DNA of 64,000 bases, taken from assembly GCA_026415775.1 (NCBI GenBank), contig JAOAGL010000001.1:206233-270232 (forward strand), read 5' to 3'. The position numbers and the translations under genes are program-made. Of this stretch, positions 31,824-41,600 are shown piece after piece. This DNA comes from Patescibacteria group bacterium (GTDB lineage: Bacteria > Patescibacteriota > Minisyncoccia > UBA6257 > JAAZHW01). Every line of letters starts with the position of its first letter. Position 1 is the first letter of the stretch. The notes beneath the pieces are model-generated. The model had not been told where the DNA came from, searched no databases, and saw nothing but the letters and a program-made list of their open reading frames with translations.

Positions 31824-33236
31824 ATGCTGAAATTTTTTAATAATCTGACGCACAAACTGCAAATATTTAAACCTTTAAAAGATAAAAAGGTTGGTTTGTA
31901 TACTTGCGGTCCAACAGTTTATTCTTATGCCCATATTGGTAATTTACGCACTTATATTTTCGAGGATGTATTAAAACGCGTTTTGAGATATAACAATTAT
32001 AAAGTTAAACACGTGATGAATATTACTGATGTTGGACATTTAACTTCGCAGGCTGATAGCGGCGAGGATAAAATCGAATTAGCAGCAAAAAAAGAAGGAC
32101 AAAATGCTTGGCAGATAGCCAAATTTTATACCGAAGCTTTTAAAAAAGATATTCAAGCGCTTAACATTTTAGAACCAGATATTTGGGTGAAAGCAACTGA
32201 TACCATCAAAGATCAAATAAAATTAATTCAGATTTTGGAGAAGAAAGGTTATATTTATCGCATTACCGATGGAATTTATTTTGATACTTCAAAACTAAAA
32301 AATTATGGCCGTTTATGGCCGAAAAAACTAAAAAAGAAAATCAAAGAAATTGATTTAGAAAAATATGCACGCATTGAAAAAATTGAAGGAAAGAAAAATT
32401 TAACTGATTTTGCTTTATGGAAATTTACGCCACTTGGCGTTAAAAGACAAATGGAGTGGGATTCGCCATGGGGCAGGGGTTTTCCTGGTTGGCATACGGA
32501 GTGTGTGGTGATGGCTTCGAAATTTTTGGGCATTCCTTTTGATATTCATTGCGGCGGGATAGACCATATTCTAATTCATCATACAAATGAAATTGCTCAA
32601 GCCGAGGCGGCTTATGGTAAAATTTTGGCTAATTATTGGCTGCATGGCGAGTTTTTAATTTTAGATAAAGGAAAAATGTCAAAATCCGAAGGCAATTTTA
32701 TTACTTTGAATGATTTAATAGCTAAAAATTTTAATCCTTTGGCTTATCGATATTTTTGTTTTACAACTCATTATCGGCAAAAATTAACTTTTTCATGGGA
32801 AGGATTAGCTGCTGCCCAAGCTGCTCTTAATCGGTTGTATGAAAAAGTTAAAGAGTTTAAAAAACAAGTGTCAAAGACTCAATTAAATTTGGGACAAAAA
32901 GCTAAAAAGTATCAGAAAAAATTTAATTATTTTATTAGTGAGGATTTAAAAATTCCTCAAGCATTGGCTTTGATGTGGCAGATGATAAAAGATAAAAATA
33001 TCAGTGCTTCTGAAAAATATTATTTACTTTTGGATTTTGATAAAGTTTTGGGTTTAAAATTAGCAGAATTAAAAGAAGAAAAAATTCCTTCTAAAATTTT
33101 GAAATTGGTTAATGAACGAGAGATGTACCGCCAGCAAAAAAATTATCAAAAAGCTGATGAATTAAGAGAAAAAATTAAAAACCTCGGCTATTTAATTGAG
33201 GATACCCCTTCGGGCCCGGTGGTGCGGAAAAGATAG
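31824..33236 (+). CDS. cysS: Cysteine--tRNA ligase
   Basis: [31 protein letters not shown]. Confidence 0.98.
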   Translation: MLKFFNNLTHKLQIFKPLKDKKVGLYTCGPTVYSYAHIGNLRTYIFEDVLKRVLRYNNYKVKHVMNITDVGHLTSQADSGEDKIELAAKKEGQNAWQIAKFYTEAFKKDIQALNILEPDIWVKATDTIKDQIKLIQILEKKGYIYRITDGIYFDTSKLKNYGRLWPKKLKKKIKEIDLEKYARIEKIEGKKNLTDFALWKFTPLGVKRQMEWDSPWGRGFPGWHTECVVMASKFLGIPFDIHCGGIDHILIHHTNEIAQAEAAYGKILANYWLHGEFLILDKGKMSKSEGNFITLNDLIAKNFNPLAYRYFCFTTHYRQKLTFSWEGLAAAQAALNRLYEKVKEFKKQVSKTQLNLGQKAKKYQKKFNYFISEDLKIPQALALMWQMIKDKNISASEKYYLLLDFDKVLGLKLAELKEEKIPSKILKLVNEREMYRQQKNYQKADELREKIKNLGYLIEDTPSGPVVRKR

Positions 33237-33242
33237 GAGTTG

Positions 33243-33271
33243 TTGACAAAATAGAAATTTTAATTTATTTT
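33243..33271 (+). promoter_or_regulatory. Sigma70 promoter upstream of the Cys-rich small ORF
   Basis: TTGACA-17bp-TATTTT (TANNNT). Confidence 0.6.
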
Positions 33272-33299
33272 AAATTTAGTCGATTAATTTTTTGCAAAC

Positions 33300-33470
33300 A
33301 TGCAAAAAGTTATACTACCGAAAGTAATTACTAAAAATAAAAGCAAAATTATTAGAGAAAGTGGTTGTTGTTTTCGAAGTTGTGGTGGGGTACCTTGTGT
33401 TTCAATTTATAATAATTCGGAAAATTTTAAAAAGTTAAAATTAACAAAAAGAATAAAGAAAATTAAATAA
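33300..33470 (+). CDS. 56-aa Cys-rich peptide, putative RiPP precursor (not in ORF track)
   Basis: Manual translation MQKVILPKVITKNKSKIIRESGCCFRSCGGVPCVSIYNNSENFKKLKLTKRIKKIK*; promoter upstream; RRE-radical SAM enzyme two genes downstream. Confidence 0.65.
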   Translation: MQKVILPKVITKNKSKIIRESGCCFRSCGGVPCVSIYNNSENFKKLKLTKRIKKIK

Positions 33471-33505
33471 AGGTTCTTTAAAAAATAAAAAAATGGAGGT
33501 GAAAT

Positions 33506-35203
33506 ATGCATATCAATATAAAAGATATTTGGAAAAGTTACGGGAATAAAAATGTTCTTAGGGGTATATCTTTTTCTCTAGCGCCCGGCGAAAAGGTAGC
33601 GTTAGTCGGGCATAATGGCGTTGGCAAAAGCACGCTTCTTAAAATTATTGCCGGTTTAGAGGCATTTGATAAAGGAGAGGTGTTTTTGCCGCGTAATGCG
33701 TGTATTGGATATTTGCCGCAGGAATTTGTTTTTCGAGAAGATGAAACTGTGAAGAATTGTTTTTGGCGTATAGTCGGAATTGCCGAATTAAAATTTCATA
33801 TGGAAGAATTATTAAATAATCTAGATGACGAGGAAAAAATAAAAACGTTTACTGAGCTTCAAGAAAAATATCAAAAGTTGGGGGGAGAAAATTTTGATTA
33901 TAAGATTAAAATTATTCTGGCTGGATTGGGATTGGCAAAAATAGAATTACATCAAAAATTAAAAGAATTGAGCGCTGGTGAAAAAACAAAAATTATTTTG
34001 GGAGCTATTTTGCTTAAAGGAGCAGATCTTTTATTATTGGATGAGCCAACTAATAATTTAGATATTCCAGCTTTAATTTGGTTAGAAGAATTTTTAAAAG
34101 CGACATCAGCTACTTGTTTGGTAGTTTCTCATGATAAAAAATTTTTAGATAATATTACTTCGCGAGTTTTAGAAATTGATTGGGAAACTAGAAAAGTAAA
34201 CATATTTCGAGGGAAATATTCTGAATATTTGGATTTTAAGATAAAACAACTAAATCGATTAAAAGAAGAGTTCCGCCGTCAACAAGAAAAAATCAATAGT
34301 TTAAAAAAAGTTGCTGAAAAAAATAAAGATTGGGCTCGAAAAGGTAATTATCAATTGCCACCGGACAATGATAAATATTGTCGAGGAATGCGAAGAGATA
34401 GATCTGCTAAATTAGGAAGAAAAGCTGCGGTAATACAAAAGAAATTAGAAAGAATAAAAAAAATTGATTTACCAATTGAACGAGAACCACTAACTATTGA
34501 TTTAAATGCGCAGTTAATTGCTTCAAAACCAAAAATTATTTTAAAAGAGGTAATGGTTGGCTACAAAGATAGTTTTCAATTGAGACCGATTAATTTAGAA
34601 ATTGCATATGGAGATAGGATAGGAATTCTTGGTTTAAATGGGGTAGGTAAATCCACTTTATTAAAAGTGCTTAGTGGAAGAATGTTGCCTTTAAAAGGAG
34701 AAATAAAAATAGGGGAATCATTGATTATTGGAGATTTAATTCAAGAGGAAAATAATTTACCGCTTGATAAGACCTGTTTGGATTTTATTGAAGAAAAGAC
34801 TGGTTGGCAAAAAGAAAAGGCTATCAATTTAATTCATAAATTTAATTTTTCTTTTGATGAAGCAACCCAAACGATTAAAACTTTAAGTTCTGGTCAGCGT
34901 ACTCGCTTATTGTTGGCATATTTTTCTGCAATCTCTGCGAACGTATTAATTTTGGACGAACCAACTAATCATTTAGACCTTGAAGCTATAGAAGCATTAA
35001 AAGAAGTTTTAAAAACGTACAAAGGAACACTCATTGTAGTTTCGCATGATAGGGATTTTATAGAACAAATTAAATTGACAAACTTCTATGTTATAGAAGA
35101 CGGAAAGTTAAAACAATTGTCGAGTTACAGCGATTATCTTGCTAAAAGTGTTTTAATTGCTAAAAGAATTATTCGCCAATTAAATTTAGAGCGTCGTTAT
35201 TAA
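33506..35203 (+). CDS. ABC-F family ATPase (possible ribosome-protection type)
   Basis: Two NBDs (GHNGVGKST, GLNGVGKST), LLLLDEPTNNLD and LILDEPTNHLD, VSHD, no TM; SD GGAGGT at 33495. Confidence 0.93.
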   Translation: MHINIKDIWKSYGNKNVLRGISFSLAPGEKVALVGHNGVGKSTLLKIIAGLEAFDKGEVFLPRNACIGYLPQEFVFREDETVKNCFWRIVGIAELKFHMEELLNNLDDEEKIKTFTELQEKYQKLGGENFDYKIKIILAGLGLAKIELHQKLKELSAGEKTKIILGAILLKGADLLLLDEPTNNLDIPALIWLEEFLKATSATCLVVSHDKKFLDNITSRVLEIDWETRKVNIFRGKYSEYLDFKIKQLNRLKEEFRRQQEKINSLKKVAEKNKDWARKGNYQLPPDNDKYCRGMRRDRSAKLGRKAAVIQKKLERIKKIDLPIEREPLTIDLNAQLIASKPKIILKEVMVGYKDSFQLRPINLEIAYGDRIGILGLNGVGKSTLLKVLSGRMLPLKGEIKIGESLIIGDLIQEENNLPLDKTCLDFIEEKTGWQKEKAINLIHKFNFSFDEATQTIKTLSSGQRTRLLLAYFSAISANVLILDEPTNHLDLEAIEALKEVLKTYKGTLIVVSHDRDFIEQIKLTNFYVIEDGKLKQLSSYSDYLAKSVLIAKRIIRQLNLERRY

Positions 35204-35228
35204 AAAGAAAAAACGACGCTCTATTTTT
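35187..35228 (+). terminator. Hairpin plus U-tract overlapping the ABC-F stop codon
   Basis: tagagcgtcgtt...aacgacgctcta-ttttt. Confidence 0.65.
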
Positions 35229-35243
35229 AATTGTAGTTTTATT

Positions 35244-36494
35244 ATGAAACAGAAAATACAACAATTAGTAAAAATTAGAAGAGAAAAGCGCTATTTTCTT
35301 GCTTATTTTATAGAATATAGAAAAATTTTATTGGTTAATGAAATTGGAGCAAGGATATTGGAATTATTTTTTAATGAAAATAAATCTATTTTAGAAATTG
35401 CTGAATTTTTTATGAGGGGAGGAAAAAAATATAAAAAATCAGATATAAAAAATAATATTAGAAAATTTTTAAAAAAAGTTGCAAAAGAATTAGATAAAAG
35501 AGATTCGGGTGAATGGCCAATAATAGAAGGAGATTTTTTAGAAACCCCCATAGGAGTAGAACTTCAAATAAATACAACTTGTAATTTAAGATGTAAACAT
35601 TGTTTTCAAAGTAATTATAGTCGCATAATGCCATTTTCTCGCATAAAAAATATTCTATCGCTTTTATATAAAAATAATATATTTGAAATTAATTTAGTAG
35701 GCGGCGAACCATTTTTACATCCTAATATTTTCGAGATAATAGAAATGTGTTGTAAAAAATACAATTTTGCTGTAAATGTGATCACCAATGGTACATTATT
35801 AACAAGCAAAATTATTAATTTACTTTCTAAACATAGAGACAAAATAGCATTATTAATAAGCCTCGAAGGAGTGAAGGATACAAACGATTTAATTAGAGGA
35901 AGAGGAACATTTAAAAAAGTTGAGAGGACAATAAAAAAATTAAAGAAAAAAAGGATATATTTTGAATTCTCTTTTACTTTGAACGCATTGAATATTAAAT
36001 ACTGGAAACAATTTTTGTTATACGCTCATAAATTAAAAGCCCCTTGCAATTTTAATTTATTCAAACCATTTTCCAATAAGCAGAAATATTTAGTTATTCA
36101 CCCATTTGATTATTTCGAATTTATTAATGAGTTATTTATTTTTAAAAAAATAAAAAAAATAGAAACCGGTATTACAGATGCTGCTATATGGTCGTATGTG
36201 AATAAATTAATGCCACGCAATCAATGCAAAGCAACTTTAACAGGTTTAAATATTAATGCAAAAGGAGAAATGGTTCCTTGTGCTTTTTTTGATGAAGTTG
36301 GTTATTATAAAAACTTGCCAACGATAGATAAAAATTTTTTAAAAAATTGGAAATATAATTATTGGTTTAAGGATTTCAGAAAATATAATTTAAGAGAATG
36401 TCAATTTTGTTCTTATATTTTTAATAAATCTCGCGCTGCTTTTAATCCGTATGGTTTAAGCGCTTTTAAAAAATGGCAAAGAATTCGTCAATAA
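35244..36494 (+). CDS. Radical SAM protein with N-terminal RRE/PqqD-like domain and Twitch/SPASM-type C-terminus (putative peptide maturase)
   Basis: CNLRCKHC, GGEPFL, ITNG; N-terminal ILLVNEIGARILELF...SILEIAE; C-terminal QC...GEMVPC and ECQFC. Confidence 0.88.
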   Translation: MKQKIQQLVKIRREKRYFLAYFIEYRKILLVNEIGARILELFFNENKSILEIAEFFMRGGKKYKKSDIKNNIRKFLKKVAKELDKRDSGEWPIIEGDFLETPIGVELQINTTCNLRCKHCFQSNYSRIMPFSRIKNILSLLYKNNIFEINLVGGEPFLHPNIFEIIEMCCKKYNFAVNVITNGTLLTSKIINLLSKHRDKIALLISLEGVKDTNDLIRGRGTFKKVERTIKKLKKKRIYFEFSFTLNALNIKYWKQFLLYAHKLKAPCNFNLFKPFSNKQKYLVIHPFDYFEFINELFIFKKIKKIETGITDAAIWSYVNKLMPRNQCKATLTGLNINAKGEMVPCAFFDEVGYYKNLPTIDKNFLKNWKYNYWFKDFRKYNLRECQFCSYIFNKSRAAFNPYGLSAFKKWQRIRQ

Positions 36495-36883
36495 AAAAGA
36501 AATTTTTTTGATATTTAGCCATTTTAATTTAATAGATAAATATTACAAATTTTTACTTTGTTTTCACTATAATTTTTATCGATTGATTTTTTGTTTCTTA
36601 ATGTAAACAGTGTACATTGGAAAAATTGCCGAACTAGATATTTAATAAATAAAATGACGCACATTATTAATTCATGATTTTTTGAAAAATGCTCCACTGA
36701 TTCATAAATGCTTTCCAAATTATTAATTAAGCGGTGCATTAATTGAAAATCAGAAACTTTTTGCATTAAATAATCGTATGACACTCGGTTTTCAATAATG
36801 GTTTCATTAATAATGTTTGCAGTTGAAAAAGGGTTTTGAGGAATGCGGGTCGGTAGTTTATATTTTTTAGCGCTTTCTTATAT

Positions 36884-37441
36884 ATGTTTTTTATTATTTT
36901 ATTAATTATTATCTTTATTTTGTTCACGCATATTTATGCGGGTATTATTGCTGCTCCATTTGTATCCACACCTAAAAATTATATAAGAAAAGCATTAGAA
37001 ATATGCCAACTTAAAGAGGGAGAAAAGATTTATGATTTGGGTTCAGGTGATGGTCGTGTTTTAATTATAGCAGCCAAGGAATTTAATGCCGAGGCTTTGG
37101 GTTTTGAGCTTTCTTATTTTTTATATCTTATTTCAAAAATTAATATTTTTTTGCGTGGTCTTTCAAAAAAAGCCAAGGTGAAATGGTCTAATTTTTATGA
37201 AGAAGATTTAAGTCTGGCAGATGTGATATTTTGCTGGTTAACACCAAAAGCTTTCCCCAAATTGGTCAATAAATTTAATCAAGAATTAAAGATTGGAACC
37301 CGCGTTATTACTTATTCTTCGCCTCTTGGTTTTTGGCAGCCAGAAAGAGAGGTTGAACTTCAGAGCGAAGGAATAAAATTTTTTGGAAAAACTTTAATCA
37401 AGCCAGCCAAAGTCAAAATATTTTTTTATTGTAAAAAATAG
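36884..37441 (+). CDS. Class I SAM-dependent methyltransferase (FAM173-like) with N-terminal TM
   Basis: APFVST, YDLGSGDGRVL, ADVIFCWL, GTRVIT. Confidence 0.85.
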   Translation: MFFIILLIIIFILFTHIYAGIIAAPFVSTPKNYIRKALEICQLKEGEKIYDLGSGDGRVLIIAAKEFNAEALGFELSYFLYLISKINIFLRGLSKKAKVKWSNFYEEDLSLADVIFCWLTPKAFPKLVNKFNQELKIGTRVITYSSPLGFWQPEREVELQSEGIKFFGKTLIKPAKVKIFFYCKK

Positions 37442-37667
37442 ACAGCATTTTATTTAAAAAATCTACATTTTTACAGATTTACTTCTTCAAAATTCAAAGA
37501 ACCTTTATTTTTGAGAATTTTTTAATTAAAAACTCATTTATTAGGAAATCTTGACACAATTCAAAAAATATCCTAAATTAAAATCAGAACTTTAAAAATA
37601 TATGTCTTGGATTCTGCGGGAAATCCGCGGAAAATCTCAACCAAGACAGAAAAAGGGGAGGTGTGAG

Positions 37668-38543
37668 GTGAAAAAGATTTTATTTTTTATTTTTGTTTTA
37701 ATTTTTCTGGTAATGGTGGTTGTTCCCACTGAAGCCCAGCAGCAGAAAAAAAGGGATAGGTGGGAGTTAGAACTGAGCTACGGGCAGTTTTGGGTAGTGA
37801 AACACGATCTGCCATCTAATCTTATATTTGTGAGAGAAAAAAATCCAGATTTTCAGCTGGCCCTGAGGTTGAGGATTTGGCGAGGGTGGTATGTAGGGAT
37901 ACTTGCGGGAATGAAAAAAGAAACTCAAAATGAATACTTTACAGATGAGATTTATACCAACTATTGGTGGCTAGAAGATAGGTTCGGAAACTTTCTGGCT
38001 AAGAATTATATAGAAAGAGACATCAGTGTTTTTAAAACAGCTCCTTATATTGGGGCAGAAACAAAATTAAATCTACTCACAATTAAATTTTCAAAATCCA
38101 TAGGGTTAACTCCCTATGGGAGGGCAGGGATAAAGAGGTGGTTTGCACAAACTGAAGGATTTTTTCACACAAAGGACTACATTCTTTACGATCTAGATAA
38201 AAGTACAAGTACTCCTTACATGATTTATAATTATACTGCTACTCCTGTAGGAGTAGGAAGATACCATGGAAAGGTAACAATTTGGTTGGCCAACCCCGAC
38301 GGTACGAAAGGCCCTGTAGTATATGAGGATGAGTGGCAGAATTATATGTCAAATATGAGGGCGGGTGGTATCTTTTTTTATGGTGGAGGAATGTCTTTGC
38401 GGATAGGAAAAGTTGGGTTAAATGCAGAATGGATTTTTGAAAGGCGGAAGGATAATATTTTTGATGGAGAGAATAAAAAGTTTATTGGAAGTAGAAAATT
38501 CCAACACGCCATGTGGCGGGTTGGGCTGGGATATAGATTTTAA
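37668..38543 (+). CDS. Secreted outer-membrane beta-barrel-like protein
   Basis: GTG start after GGGGAGGTG SD; signal peptide MKKILFF...PTEA; amphipathic strands; C-terminal WRVGLGYRF. Confidence 0.6.
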   Translation: MKKILFFIFVLIFLVMVVVPTEAQQQKKRDRWELELSYGQFWVVKHDLPSNLIFVREKNPDFQLALRLRIWRGWYVGILAGMKKETQNEYFTDEIYTNYWWLEDRFGNFLAKNYIERDISVFKTAPYIGAETKLNLLTIKFSKSIGLTPYGRAGIKRWFAQTEGFFHTKDYILYDLDKSTSTPYMIYNYTATPVGVGRYHGKVTIWLANPDGTKGPVVYEDEWQNYMSNMRAGGIFFYGGGMSLRIGKVGLNAEWIFERRKDNIFDGENKKFIGSRKFQHAMWRVGLGYRF

Positions 38544-38552
38544 AATATATAT

Positions 38553-38579
38553 AGAGAGGCTTTTATGCCTCTCTTTTTT
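38553..38579 (+). terminator. Intrinsic terminator
   Basis: agagaggc-ttttat-gcctctct-ttttt. Confidence 0.75.
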
Positions 38580-38662
38580 ATCCACAAAAAAGGTTGATTG
38601 TATTTAAATTTGGAGTGAGTTATAATTATAGTGAAAGGGGCGTTTATTTAAAATAAACTTTT

Positions 38663-41600
38663 ATGAATCACATATTATCAAAATACAAGCTTTTCTTATT
38701 AATCGGTCTATCTATTTTTCTTCAATTATTAGTCACCTATAACTTTACAAACATTAGCCAAGCAGCAATATCAAGGGGTTGCGCAACCTATGATGAATGT
38801 ACGACAAGGCAGGATTGTGAAGCAATCGGTGGAGTGTGGATTGTTACTGGGCCAGGTGGTATGGTTCAACCTGGTGTAATTATTGAAGAAGAGGGTTATT
38901 GTGTGCCACCAGGCGGAACTTCTCCCACACCAACATCAACAAAAACTCCAACACCAACAGCAACTCCTACTTCCACTTTAACGCCAACCCCAACTTCAAC
39001 TACAACTCAGACTCCGACGCCAACTTCCACTCCCACCCCCACTCCAACTCCAACAGGATGCGGAAGTTATACGACCATGGGGGATTGTGAGGCGGATGAA
39101 AATTGCGAATGGGTATTTTTATATGCAGATCCAAACGGATTAGAAGGTTATTGTAAAGATGCGGAACCGCCTCCGCCGGGATGTCTGCCAAGTTCTTTAA
39201 CTTATTCTAATTATAATGCCAATTTTACTTATCGCAGTGAATGTTACAATGTTATTAATCAAATTGGGAGCTCCAATATAATTAAAAGTTTTACTACCTC
39301 TCCAGAGTTTTTGAATTTTTATTCTTCTGGCTTGCCTGCTTTTAAAACAGGTGATTGTCCAGGTTCAAGCTTAAAAACTCAAGTTTGTTTTTATCCTGAC
39401 CCAGATAATTCTGCTTTTCGGCCAGCTTGGTTTTTTAAAAAAGCTTCTTCTTATACTTTTCAGAATAGTTGTGTGAATTGTACGATGGGAGGTGTAATGT
39501 CTGATAAAAATATAAGCGTGTATAATACTTCTTTATACAATGTACCTTGTGGCCCTTCTTATTCTACAGCCCCAGCCATTTCTTTAACTGCGACTGAAAA
39601 TACTGCTTCGGCACAATACAGACATTCGGTAAGCATCAATAAAGGCAAATGGGAAGGATATTCTATTAATGATGCGAAAAAGACTTTGATTTATGATTTT
39701 TCAATAGATAAAACCAAAATTTCTCTTGGCGATTCAGTGACTTTACATTGGAAAATAATAAATGGACCGGGTTATAGTTCAACTGGTGGTGGTTCAACTG
39801 GTGGAGGTGGATCCTTTCCTCCTGGCGAACCTCGTACACGACAAGAAGACCCTAATGCGCCGCCACCGGGTTGGGATGGAGGCGGAGGATTCCTTTATCC
39901 ATTGAAACAATTCAGTTTGGAGACGGTTAAAAATACTATTGCTCAATTATTTGGTATTTCTAAAAAAGCCGAAGCTTTAGAAAATTATCCTACCGAAGCA
40001 GAATGTTTGGCTCATGGTTGTGATTGGGTTTATGGCGCTTATAATCCGTGGGATCCTAATGCCCCAGCAGGTTGTATTTGTCCTTTAAATACTCAAATTG
40101 TGGTTCCGTCGCCTTCTACTCCTCCTTTGATTGCTTTGTTTATCGGCAATGCCACTTGTCAAAAAACTCCCCAGGAATCAGTTAATTGTCCTTTTCAGCC
40201 AAATCAAATTTATCCCTTAGTTACTTCTGTAAGCAATATTGAACCGACTAATTCTTTTTCGGTTAAAAATATCTTTCAAAAACTTTTTGGTTTAATTTCT
40301 CCAACTCAAGCGCAAACTGTTAGCGTCTTTGAAAAAACTTATGAAGGAACCCTAACTCTTTATCCTCAATCGCCAACCAATTTTTATTTGATTACTTATG
40401 GAATTATTGGGGAGGGTCCGGGATATATTTTATCCGAGCCAGTTCAAGTTGATATTGCCACTTATAATCCTTGGGTTGATTTGAAAGTTCAGAAATCACC
40501 AGGTCATGAATTTGTTGATGGTCCGGTCTGGATTAATAGTGGCGATGATGTTGTTCTCAAATGGAGTTCTAACGATGTTGATAGTTGTACAGCCAGCGCT
40601 AGCCCAACCAACAATCAATGGAAAGGAAACGTTTTATTACAAAACGAGGGATTGACTATCTCTGATATTGTTACCTCAACTACCTTTATGATTTCATGCC
40701 ATGGTTTGAATGGTTCAACAGTAAATGATTCAATAACGGTGACAATTGGGAAAACCGCATGGGTTAATTTAAGCGCTGATATAAATGGTTCTTTGAATGA
40801 TGGACCCGTGACTATTACTCAAGGGAAAAATTTAACTTTAACTTGGACTTCTGCTAACGTCACGAGTTGTTCTGCGAGCAGCGCACCTTTAAATTCTAGT
40901 TGGAATGGAAATGTGGCTACATCTGGTACTAAATTAATTACAAATCTTCAAGAATCAACAGATTTTATAATCACTTGCGACAAAGGAGCTTCGGACCATG
41001 TGATGGTCAATGTGGTTCCACAGACAGCAACGGTTAACATAGTGGTGAGATTAAATGGAGAGGCGCTTAATAATGCTGCTGTAAATTATGTATTAACCGG
41101 TCCAACAACCATTCAAGGAAGTAAATCAGGAGCTTTCAACATTGCTATTTCTTCTGCTTTGGGCGATTCCTATACCTTAACTTATCTTTCTGGTGGTCCA
41201 GAAGGTGCTAGTTTTGTTGGTTCAGAATCTCAATCTAGAATCATAAAACCGGGCGATGAGGTAACGTTCTATTTTGATTTTTCAACGCAAGATTTGTGTC
41301 ATATTGATGTTTCGGCCTTGTATAACGGACAGCCATGGAGTGGTAAATTATCCTACCTCTTAATAGGCCCGACTATTTTGACAGGTAATACAGTGCCTTA
41401 TACATTCCCTGCTGTACCGCCGGGTGTTTACTATATCTCTTATATTAGTGGTGGACCCGATAATTTTTTGGGTGTGGAATTAAAAAATGCTTTAACTTGC
41501 CCAGCGAAAGGTTCAATTACTTTTGGTTTGAAATTCGGAACTTCGCCGACGCCAACGCCGATTATACCGCCAGCTGAAATAGGCGATAACCCACCAACGG

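Noticed and set aside
37603-37660. c-di-GMP riboswitch in the beta-barrel leader
   Set aside because: Only one stem-loop is visible; the two-hairpin tetraloop/receptor architecture could not be identified
38918-39055. Repetitive DNA as a CRISPR array or VNTR
   Set aside because: It is a degenerate coding Pro/Thr linker with no fixed repeat-spacer structure; no cas genes are in the window
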